Shown: positions 27,875 through 35,302 of the stretch, one piece after another
Numbering within the stretch: the stretch's first letter is position 1
Layout: every line of letters starts with the position of its first letter
Assembly (NCBI GenBank): GCA_964568115.1
Contig: CAZMQE010000001.1
Coordinates: forward strand, 3,610 to 38,911
Source: an uncultured Anaerolinea sp.
GTDB lineage: Bacteria > Chloroflexota > Anaerolineae > Anaerolineales > Villigracilaceae
Direction: 5' to 3'
Length of the DNA: 35,302 bases
Notes under the pieces: generated by a model
Told to the model about the DNA's origin: nothing
Seen by the model: the letters and a program-made list of their open reading frames with translations, nothing else
The model's database searches: none
Position numbers and translations under genes: made by a program

Positions 27875-27935
27875 GCTTTTTCCTCATTTAGGAATATATA
27901 GCTTGGTAATATGCTCATTTTGGGCTCTTGGCAGT

Positions 27936-30722
27936 TCACTCAGCGGTATCACTAATGATCTGGATGCTGACTTCCGCATCACTTAACGATTTGCCAACCT
28001 CTTCAACGGTGGTGCGCAGGATTGCATCAAATTCAGTTGCTGAGCTGATGCTGGCTGCCACTTGTGCGATAGCTTGTTCGCGGTCAGCACGTAAACGAGC
28101 CTGTTCGTAGAGTCGGGCGCTTTCAAGGGATTGTGCCAGGCGTTCTATCGCCAACTCGAGCGTTGAAATAGTGGTTTGGGTATACCCATCCTTGAGATTG
28201 GCGGATACAACCCCGATCGTTTGCCCGCGCAATTTGATCGGTATGGATACTTTGTTTTCATCGGCGCCAGTATTTTTTCGATCATAGATCACGGAGCTTC
28301 CGGTTTTCATCACCTCATTGCCGTGTGCTGGAACATCTGAGATCGATTGGATGCGGATATTGTCAAAGCGATAACCGGTTTTTCCCAGTAAGCCGCTTTC
28401 ACCCAGGGTTTTCCAGCCTTCGCGCGTAAATTGTCCATAGGCTTGCCGAAGATCGCTAAGGTTTTGTTCGACCTGCTGAAGCAAGCGCGCACGTTCGATG
28501 GCGGTTGCCAATTGGTCCGCAAGGATTTGCATGATCGCAATATCACCCTCGTCAAATGCCTGCGCCTCGTCGCTTTGTACATCAAGCACGCCGATCATGC
28601 GATTTTCCACCTTGAGCGGCAATGCCATTTCGGAACGAGTTTTGGGCAGAAGTGGGTTGTTGAAAAAAACGGCGTCGGTCCCGGTGTCTAATGTAATTCT
28701 TGGTTCTTCTGTATATGCCACCCGCCCTACAATGCCGACCTCACCCACGCGCAGTTTGTGATTATTGGCGATCATTTGTTTTCCGGCTTCGGTGGGCGAA
28801 GCAGTTAATACCGCGAATTCCTTGTTGTTGTCCAATAAAAATATGCCGGCGTGATACAACTTGAAGCGATCCAGGATGAGCGTACCGGCTTTATCGAGTA
28901 ATTCTGTAAGGTTATGGGATGAAGCTGCATCGCGCGCAATTTCAGCAGAGGCGCGTAATCGCAGAGACTGTTCCTCGAGATCTTTGGTGCGATCGGCAAC
29001 GCGTTGCTCTAATTTCCCAATGATGTCCTGTAGTTGCTCTGCCATTTGGTCGTAGGCATTGCCGAGCGCGCCGATCTCGTCGTTGCGATTGATGGCTGCT
29101 CGCGAGGATAATTTCCCTGCCGCAAAACTCTCTGCGATATTGGCAAGCGTGCTGATCGGTTCGGCAATGGAAGCGGCTGAAATTGCCACTGCGGCAATAG
29201 CGATCAGGATCACAAAGATTGCCAGGGTAGCACTGCCTAATAGCGAATTAAGTGAATTCCGTAAAATAAAGGCGCGGGGGACTTCTGCGATAAAAGCAAC
29301 ATTTACAGATTCAATGCGCTGGTAGTATCCAAGTACAACAGCCCCTGCATAATTCTCGTAGGTGCCTTTGCCGTCTCTGGCAACAAGATTGGTTGATTTG
29401 CATGCCACTTCTTCTTTGTTGGTGGTGATAATGCTTTTTGAAGCCGTAGTACAAACAGTGCCAGTCGTTGAACGTGTCCTGGTCAATGGATGATAATCAT
29501 TGTCAAGGAGGTACGTTTCCATTGCTTCAAAGCTGGGTGTGCTTTCAACGATAGCTATGATCGAGTTGGAATTTGCACGCAGTACCAGGATGCCGCGGAA
29601 AACTATGCCATCTGCATCATAGATCGGGGTGGAAAAAATTAAGTCATTATTGCCAAAGGTCGGGTTATTTGAAAACCCTGCAAAGTCACCAATTTTGCCC
29701 TGGAGATAGAATAGTTCAGATTGAAAGCTTTTGCCCTCGCGGTTTTTATCAGTGGATATAACCACATCGCCCTTAAGATTCAAGACCATAATTTCACTAT
29801 AGGTCTGCGCTTCTGCGTTTTGAAAATCCACGAGGCGGTTACGTGCGAAGGAACGGAAAAGCTCCAAAGTTACCTGATCGGATGCGCCTGGAGTTAGAAT
29901 GTTCAGAGCATTTCGTAAGAAATCAGCGTCTTGATTAATCCTTACAGAATCGATTTTAAAGCTATTGACCACATCATCGATCTGATTTTCCTTCAGCTTC
30001 GAAACTGTTTCAAGTACATTGAGTACCTGTGTTTCATTGTTGGTATAAGCTCCAACTGCTGAAAGAATGGCTGCCATCACCGTAGGGATTGAAACGATGA
30101 TAATGAACGAAGTTAATAATTGACTGCGTAGACTACGATATCTTCGGCTTCTGGCAATAATGGTTGCCGTGAGCAGCAATAAACCAGTTGCGCCGAGAAA
30201 TGCAATACTTGCGATTGCCACAGGTGTATTGGTTTGTAGCCGAGCTATTGATAATGGATTGGTGTTTGCGTAAATGATGCCCGCAATACCGGTGGTCACC
30301 AGGAATAAAAGGTGAGGGTAATACTTGCGCGGTATCCCAGCCTGAATGGATGTTACAGGTGTAACAAAGATCAGCCCTACCACAACCGGTACAATGCCTT
30401 CCCAGAACGAAGTCAGCAGGATCGCAAAGATAATGACAGAAAATGCTCCAAGCAGGTTGGCTGCAATACCTCTTTTTTGTAGTGCGAGGTTTAATGCGGG
30501 GAACTGCATGACCGCTAGAAAGAATATGGCGCCGCTGATATACAATAATTGGGGTGCAGGCTCACCCAAAAAACGAAATAGCGTGAGTATATAGATTACA
30601 ACAAACCCCAAACCTGCCGCTCCAAGGAACAGGGCATTGTAGCGTCCGTTCGTGTAAAAAACTTGTCCAAGTTTTTCGTCGGTTTGTTGAATAGTTCTAT
30701 CTTGATTTGAGAAGCTCATCAT
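27936..30722 (-). CDS. Array receptor 8: multi-TM region, Cache-like domain, HAMP, GAF, mini-GAF, GAF stub
   Basis: Start moved to ATG 30722 (4 nt after the upstream stop) from the ORF-track 30785. Cache-like YENYAGAVVLGYY...FIAEVP, HAMP DEIGALGNAYDQM, FFNNPLLPKTRSEMALPL. Confidence 0.86.
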   Translation of the reverse strand: MMSFSNQDRTIQQTDEKLGQVFYTNGRYNALFLGAAGLGFVVIYILTLFRFLGEPAPQLLYISGAIFFLAVMQFPALNLALQKRGIAANLLGAFSVIIFAILLTSFWEGIVPVVVGLIFVTPVTSIQAGIPRKYYPHLLFLVTTGIAGIIYANTNPLSIARLQTNTPVAIASIAFLGATGLLLLTATIIARSRRYRSLRSQLLTSFIIIVSIPTVMAAILSAVGAYTNNETQVLNVLETVSKLKENQIDDVVNSFKIDSVRINQDADFLRNALNILTPGASDQVTLELFRSFARNRLVDFQNAEAQTYSEIMVLNLKGDVVISTDKNREGKSFQSELFYLQGKIGDFAGFSNNPTFGNNDLIFSTPIYDADGIVFRGILVLRANSNSIIAIVESTPSFEAMETYLLDNDYHPLTRTRSTTGTVCTTASKSIITTNKEEVACKSTNLVARDGKGTYENYAGAVVLGYYQRIESVNVAFIAEVPRAFILRNSLNSLLGSATLAIFVILIAIAAVAISAASIAEPISTLANIAESFAAGKLSSRAAINRNDEIGALGNAYDQMAEQLQDIIGKLEQRVADRTKDLEEQSLRLRASAEIARDAASSHNLTELLDKAGTLILDRFKLYHAGIFLLDNNKEFAVLTASPTEAGKQMIANNHKLRVGEVGIVGRVAYTEEPRITLDTGTDAVFFNNPLLPKTRSEMALPLKVENRMIGVLDVQSDEAQAFDEGDIAIMQILADQLATAIERARLLQQVEQNLSDLRQAYGQFTREGWKTLGESGLLGKTGYRFDNIRIQSISDVPAHGNEVMKTGSSVIYDRKNTGADENKVSIPIKLRGQTIGVVSANLKDGYTQTTISTLELAIERLAQSLESARLYEQARLRADREQAIAQVAASISSATEFDAILRTTVEEVGKSLSDAEVSIQIISDTAE

Positions 30723-30726
30723 GAGT

Positions 30727-32388
30727 TTAACCTGTTGTACGCTTGGTTCGTCGTTTTTGAGGTGCCTGCTCGGGTAATTGGCCAATAAAGACCGAGACCT
30801 CAGAGACGTCAGGCAATTGACCTAACTCGCGTGCGGCAGTTTGAAGCAGGCTATCGATGTCCAGTGACTGACTAAAGCGTGCGGCCAGCTCGCCGATCGT
30901 CTGCTCTTGTTTTGCGCGCTGTTGGGCATCTTCGAGCAGGCGCAGGTTATCCACAGCCAAACCAACTTGATACGCAACTTCGCGAATCAACTCCTCGTCG
31001 GTCTTATTCCACTCCACGTTATCTTTTCTGGCTAGTGCAATGGAGCCGATTTCCTGTCCGCGCAAAGAGATCGCTGTTTTTACGCCGTCCTCGTCTGACA
31101 GATTGGACGATGTTTCGACACGTACACCCAACGGTGTATATGTGAACGCATGTCTTTGCTCCTGAAGTTTCCTTGACCACGCATCTTTCATGCGGATGGT
31201 TGATACTGCCTCGAGTTGCATAATCGCTGCCTGCGACTCGCCCAATAACCGCGCATTCTCGATCGCAACGGCTACTTGATCTGCGAGTGTTTGTAAAACA
31301 TCAACATCCTCCATGCGAAACGCCTGGGGTTGATCCGATTGAATATCCAAAACCCCCAGGACTTTATTGCGGATTAATAACGGTAGCGCAACTTCTGACC
31401 GAGTCATTGGCAGGTCGGGGTTGTTGAAGAAAACGGCATCAGAGCCCACGTCTAGAGCGATGCGCACTTTCTTTTGGGCTGCCACATACCCTACGATTCC
31501 TTGCGATCCCACTGTTAGTGCGTGCCCTCTTTCTACCATGCGTTTTCCACCCTCTGAAGAGGCAGTTTGAAGAATGGCTTCTTCGCCAGTTTCGTTGAGC
31601 AGAAAAATACCAGCGTGATAAAAGCCAAATTGGTCGGTGACCAAATTTACAACAATGTCCAGAAGCGCAGTCAAGTCTTCGGCTTCAGACGTTTGGCGGG
31701 CAATGTAAGATGCCGCGCGCAGCTGGTCGGTCTTTTTGGTTAATCCAGCTGTGCGTTCTTGCACACGTTGTTCCAAATCAGCCTTGTCTTTTGTCAAGAA
31801 ACCAAGAGTAATTTCATTTTGGGCAGCAACGGATCTAAATTCATTCTTTAAAAGATCAAGCGCGCTGGTCAAGGCAACGCCCATAACCATGAACCCGGCG
31901 ATGTAGATTGCCCAATCCAGGAGATCGGTTTCGGGGAGTTGGGCTGCTGGAAAGCTATAGAGCCCAAATAAATTTATTGAGCCGACTGCGAAGATTGTTC
32001 CTGTGGATAAGACAAGAAAGATACGGTCAATTCTTTTGTTGAACAGGAGTGCTGCGAAAATGGCGCTTGATAGAAAGAACAGGCTTGCATCAGACCATGG
32101 ACCATATTGTAGGAGGGTGTAGAGTCCTAGCAAGTAGCCTAGTAGCGGGACGACACTGGCTTTAATACGTTTGGGAAGCGGTGCAAATGTAACAACAAGA
32201 AGCACTACGTAGACGAGTATGAAGCCAAAAATCTCGTTTTTATTTGCAGCTGGCAAGATAATGACTAGGAGGAGAATTCCCAACAGAGAAACAGCTCTTA
32301 GTACATTGTTGATATATTGATTATGCCAGCGGTCGTATTGAAAGCTGGCGGGTGTGGTGGTTTCCTGGTTGGGATTCATATCTCTCAT
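30727..32388 (-). CDS. Array receptor 9: ~6-TM membrane sensor, coiled coil, GAF, mini-GAF, GAF stub
   Basis: Hydrophobic N-terminus, LEQRVQERT, FFNNPDLPMTRSEVALPL. Confidence 0.88.
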   Translation of the reverse strand: MRDMNPNQETTTPASFQYDRWHNQYINNVLRAVSLLGILLLVIILPAANKNEIFGFILVYVVLLVVTFAPLPKRIKASVVPLLGYLLGLYTLLQYGPWSDASLFFLSSAIFAALLFNKRIDRIFLVLSTGTIFAVGSINLFGLYSFPAAQLPETDLLDWAIYIAGFMVMGVALTSALDLLKNEFRSVAAQNEITLGFLTKDKADLEQRVQERTAGLTKKTDQLRAASYIARQTSEAEDLTALLDIVVNLVTDQFGFYHAGIFLLNETGEEAILQTASSEGGKRMVERGHALTVGSQGIVGYVAAQKKVRIALDVGSDAVFFNNPDLPMTRSEVALPLLIRNKVLGVLDIQSDQPQAFRMEDVDVLQTLADQVAVAIENARLLGESQAAIMQLEAVSTIRMKDAWSRKLQEQRHAFTYTPLGVRVETSSNLSDEDGVKTAISLRGQEIGSIALARKDNVEWNKTDEELIREVAYQVGLAVDNLRLLEDAQQRAKQEQTIGELAARFSQSLDIDSLLQTAARELGQLPDVSEVSVFIGQLPEQAPQKRRTKRTTG

Positions 32389-34292
32389 GCCTCATCGTCC
32401 AATTTGAGTTCGATTGTGGCGCTTGATGCATCCAGGCGTCTGCCAAGTTCTTTGACCGCGGTTTGTAGAACGCCATCGATGGTGGTGGATGCCCATATTT
32501 TTGAGTTAATCTCAGCCAGCATACGCTCACGGGTAGCGATTTGGCGACTTTCGTTGACAAGGCGGGCATTTTCAAGTGCGATTGCGGCTTGCGTGGCAAC
32601 AGCATCAATGAGATTTTTTTGTTCAGTTGTCCAATCCCCGCTGCTTTCGATGGCTATTTGTCCGATGGTTTGATCGCGCAAGTTAATGGGGGTTATCAAT
32701 TTTTGAGTATTGGCATCGTTACTTTCGCCGACACTATATTCCAATTCATTTTTTCGCATGGATAGCGAACCCCAGCCTTCAACCAGGTATTGTTGTTGGA
32801 TTGCGCGCATTTCATTAATTCGAAGTTGAGTTTCCTGAAATAGACGTGCGTTTTCCAAGGCAATGGCAACCTGACCAGCCATGTTCTGCATGGTTTCAAT
32901 CACTTCCAATCCAAAATCTCCTGTTTTTGTTGATTGGACATTTAATGCACCCAGAATGCGGTCGCCTGCAATTAACGGTAAGGCTATCTCAGAACGGGTA
33001 TAAGGCAACAGCGGGTTTTCGACACGCTGTTTTTCATCTGAAGTGTTTTGTGAAATGCGAGGTGATTTTTCACGAATGGAGGTTGCCACCATGCTCTTGC
33101 TTGTTAGCTCAAGCCGGTGGTGGTTTTGCTTTAGGACTTTGCCTGCTTCGCCGGTTGCTTCTTTTAGTTCTGCCCATTTTTCACCTGGGTCAATAATGTA
33201 GATAGCTGCGTAGTAATAATTAAACTGATCGGTGAACATATTGATGATCTTGGCGAGGAGTTCATCGGGGTCAAGGATGGAGGAGGATACCTTTGCAAGA
33301 TCATTAGTGGCTTTCAGTAAGCGCGTGCGATCTTCCACTTGTTTTTCAAGAGTGCCGCGCAGTTCTTCGATGCTGGCAACCATGCTGTTGAAGTGCATAG
33401 TTACTTCAGCGATTTCATCAGTTGCCGTGACGTTGGCGCGTTTGGATAGGTCACCGGCTTCAATGGCTTTAAATGTGGAGATCAATTCTTTGAGTGGAAC
33501 AGAAACTGTGCGCGAGATAAAAAATGCCAGGACCGCTCCAAGAGCCAATGCAAGGATACTAACGACCGTTGATTGAATTTGAAATGATTGTCGTAGGAAT
33601 TGGTTTTCAGGACTGAGACTTTCATTCATAAAGTGAAAGCCGACTGGACCAATCATTAAAATACCGATGGCGACCAAAATTAAAATGAGCACTTGAAATT
33701 TAATGTTTAGGCGTGGCCCCGCCAAACCTTCTAATTGTGCCTCAAAATTTTTAGGAATGAGGACAAGGCGGGGTGGTACTAATAAGCGATCAATGATCAA
33801 TACGGCAAAAATGATGGTCGCGAGAACAGATACCAATCCGCCTAAGAGTGAATAGATAAATTGATCGGATGTAGTGATATTTTTTTGAAAAGAGATTACA
33901 GCAGATGGTACTATATCCACAAGATAAGCAACGATCAGTGCGGCTGTACCGTAGCGCCATGTGAGCGATGTGATTTCTTTCCAGGCTGCCAATTCCTCTT
34001 TGGGATTGGCTTTCAATTGATTGGTTGACCATGCAGTGAGGCGTTTGCGCGCATAGGGCGTCAGATACCAGGCGATGGCGAGTAATATCAGATTTCCGGT
34101 CAAAATAAACCAGGGGGTTGATTGCGATGTTTCGGCGAGTTTTTGCGGATCAAGCTCCGCGTTTAAATATATGGAAATCGTTCCAATTGCGGCGCCCACG
34201 AATGCCGATAATTGTGCAATTGCGATGATAATGATGATATACCAACCGCCTGTGCGTTGTAATAGGTTGTTCAATGAAAATTGGCGTTTCAT
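32385..34292 (-). CDS. Array receptor 10: ~6 TM, HAMP, divergent GAF, mini-GAF, GAF stub
   Basis: HAMP GDLSKRANVTATDEIAEVTMHFNSM. GAF variant EATGEAG...ENPLLPYTRSEIALPL. Confidence 0.87.
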   Translation of the reverse strand: MKRQFSLNNLLQRTGGWYIIIIIAIAQLSAFVGAAIGTISIYLNAELDPQKLAETSQSTPWFILTGNLILLAIAWYLTPYARKRLTAWSTNQLKANPKEELAAWKEITSLTWRYGTAALIVAYLVDIVPSAVISFQKNITTSDQFIYSLLGGLVSVLATIIFAVLIIDRLLVPPRLVLIPKNFEAQLEGLAGPRLNIKFQVLILILVAIGILMIGPVGFHFMNESLSPENQFLRQSFQIQSTVVSILALALGAVLAFFISRTVSVPLKELISTFKAIEAGDLSKRANVTATDEIAEVTMHFNSMVASIEELRGTLEKQVEDRTRLLKATNDLAKVSSSILDPDELLAKIINMFTDQFNYYYAAIYIIDPGEKWAELKEATGEAGKVLKQNHHRLELTSKSMVATSIREKSPRISQNTSDEKQRVENPLLPYTRSEIALPLIAGDRILGALNVQSTKTGDFGLEVIETMQNMAGQVAIALENARLFQETQLRINEMRAIQQQYLVEGWGSLSMRKNELEYSVGESNDANTQKLITPINLRDQTIGQIAIESSGDWTTEQKNLIDAVATQAAIALENARLVNESRQIATRERMLAEINSKIWASTTIDGVLQTAVKELGRRLDASSATIELKLDDEA

Positions 34293-35302
34293 GAAATTGC
34301 CTTCTTTTCAGTGGGCGGATTGAGTCCGACTTGTATATGCGCGTGGTTCGCTCCAACTGCACGCGTCAACTCGCTGACGGTTGTTGTGAGAATCGTTTGC
34401 ATATCGGTTGTCCGCCTGATTTTGTCTGTGATCTCATACAAAACGCGTTCACGTTCAGCCTGGGCGCGAATCTGTTCCAACAGTCTTGCGTTTGCGATGA
34501 TTGCGGCGAGGCTACCGCCTAATGTGCCTAGCAATTCCTCATCGGTTTCCGTGTATGCAGAAGGCAGCTCGCTCTCGACATTAAGGACGCCAAGTAGTTC
34601 GCTGCGATAAATGAGCGGTACAGCCATTTCTGATCGAATGTTGGCACTTCCTGCTATATAGCGTGCGTCATCTTGTACGTTGTTGATGCGCAAAGTTCTG
34701 CGATGTGCTGCAGCCCAACCTGTAATTCCATTTCCTACTGGGATGCTCATTTCATAGACATCGTCAGTGTAGCCAATCGCTGCGCGCACGAGCAAGCTTT
34801 TCTTTTCGCGATCTGCCAACATAATGGAAACACGATCGCCGCCCAGCGTTACCTGTAAGCCGTTGACCGCCGATTGTAGAGCTTCATCCAATGTCGTTCC
34901 TGATGCAGCAGTTGTGGTGATGTGGTGTAAAAGTCGATGTTGAGCCAGATGTTCCTGCGTTTCGGCGAATAATTCAGAATTGACCACCGCGATGGCAAGT
35001 TGATCTGCCAGAATCTGTAAAGTGCGCAAGCTTTCTTCAGCAAAAGAAAAAGGTTTTTTGCTTTGCACATCCAGAACACCCACGATCCGGTCACCGACTT
35101 TTAATGGGATAGCCGCTTCAGCGCGGGTTTCAGGCAGTAGTGGATTTGCGTAATAGGTCGCGTCGCGGGTAGTGTCATTAACAACCAGTTGTTCGCCATT
35201 ACCTGCCACAAACCCTACAACCGACTTTGAACCAACACCAAGCTTATGTCCCGCACGTTTCATCTGTGCGCCTGCGTCGCCAGTGGCTTCACGAATCACA
35301 AC
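34289..35302 (-). CDS. Array member 11 (5' end outside window): GAF, complete second GAF, GAF stub
   Basis: Frame open to the window edge. EATGDAG...ANPLLPETRAEAAIPL, then GITGWAA...RSEMAVPL...VLNVES, then the same ERER...TD...IL.T...EL...G stub. Confidence 0.85.
   Translation of the reverse strand, partial: VVIREATGDAGAQMKRAGHKLGVGSKSVVGFVAGNGEQLVVNDTTRDATYYANPLLPETRAEAAIPLKVGDRIVGVLDVQSKKPFSFAEESLRTLQILADQLAIAVVNSELFAETQEHLAQHRLLHHITTTAASGTTLDEALQSAVNGLQVTLGGDRVSIMLADREKKSLLVRAAIGYTDDVYEMSIPVGNGITGWAAAHRRTLRINNVQDDARYIAGSANIRSEMAVPLIYRSELLGVLNVESELPSAYTETDEELLGTLGGSLAAIIANARLLEQIRAQAERERVLYEITDKIRRTTDMQTILTTTVSELTRAVGANHAHIQVGLNPPTEKKAIS

Noticed and set aside
27875-27935. Possible internal promoter in the 61-nt gap before receptor 7
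   Set aside because: Only a weak TATATT on the minus strand with no convincing -35; not supportable from sequence alone.
15361-35094. Recurrent similar short ORFs on the + strand and alternate - frames (e.g. ...AISERVSGRSGLLKKTAS...)
   Set aside because: They recur only because they are antisense or frameshifted readings of the conserved GAF codons; no independent RBS or coding evidence.
14921-35302. Array as CRISPR, tandem DNA repeat or assembly artefact
   Set aside because: Shared DNA stretches I noticed are short (e.g. GCCATTTCGGAG near 15603, 17135, 19973, 26868), coding and synonymously diverged; no repeat-spacer pattern or long identical copies.
14921-35302. Array proteins as pseudogenised kinases or as MCP chemoreceptors
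   Set aside because: All frames are intact and end at the same structural point. No H-box remnants or MCP hairpin motif, and no cheA/cheW/cheR/cheB in the window.
14921-35302. Phytochrome/cyanobacteriochrome-type photoreceptor GAFs
   Set aside because: No chromophore-binding CH or DIP/DxCF motifs; the GAFs are essentially cysteine-free.

Overview
Bacterial chromosomal window of roughly 50% GC. Gene style (SLAC-type lipobox, large GAF-protein expansion) suggests Anaerolineae/Chloroflexota, which is an inference. The left 6.6 kb is housekeeping: a pabB-type chorismate enzyme cut off by the window edge, a lipoprotein, a VanZ-family protein, scpA, moaC-cupin-moaD-moaE, a GNAT and fabF. The remaining ~28.6 kb is one co-directional minus-strand block whose 5' end lies beyond the window. 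It holds at least 11 tandem paralogous GAF proteins; the 10 complete ones have variable membrane sensor N-termini, a nearly invariant GAF and a degenerate mini-GAF, and all 11 end in a truncated GAF stub with no catalytic output domain. They are followed by an orphan ParA/Soj ATPase, a soluble GAF/PAS hybrid histidine kinase with two receivers, a threonine-synthase-like PLP enzyme fused to a receiver domain, and a DMT/EamA transporter. The layout resembles a chemosensory system (many receptors, one kinase, a positioning ATPase) built from GAF parts instead of MCP/CheW/CheA. The kinase begins with the GAF half that the receptors' C-termini lack, suggesting docking by split-GAF complementation. 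All family assignments come from motif recognition by eye; no searches were run.
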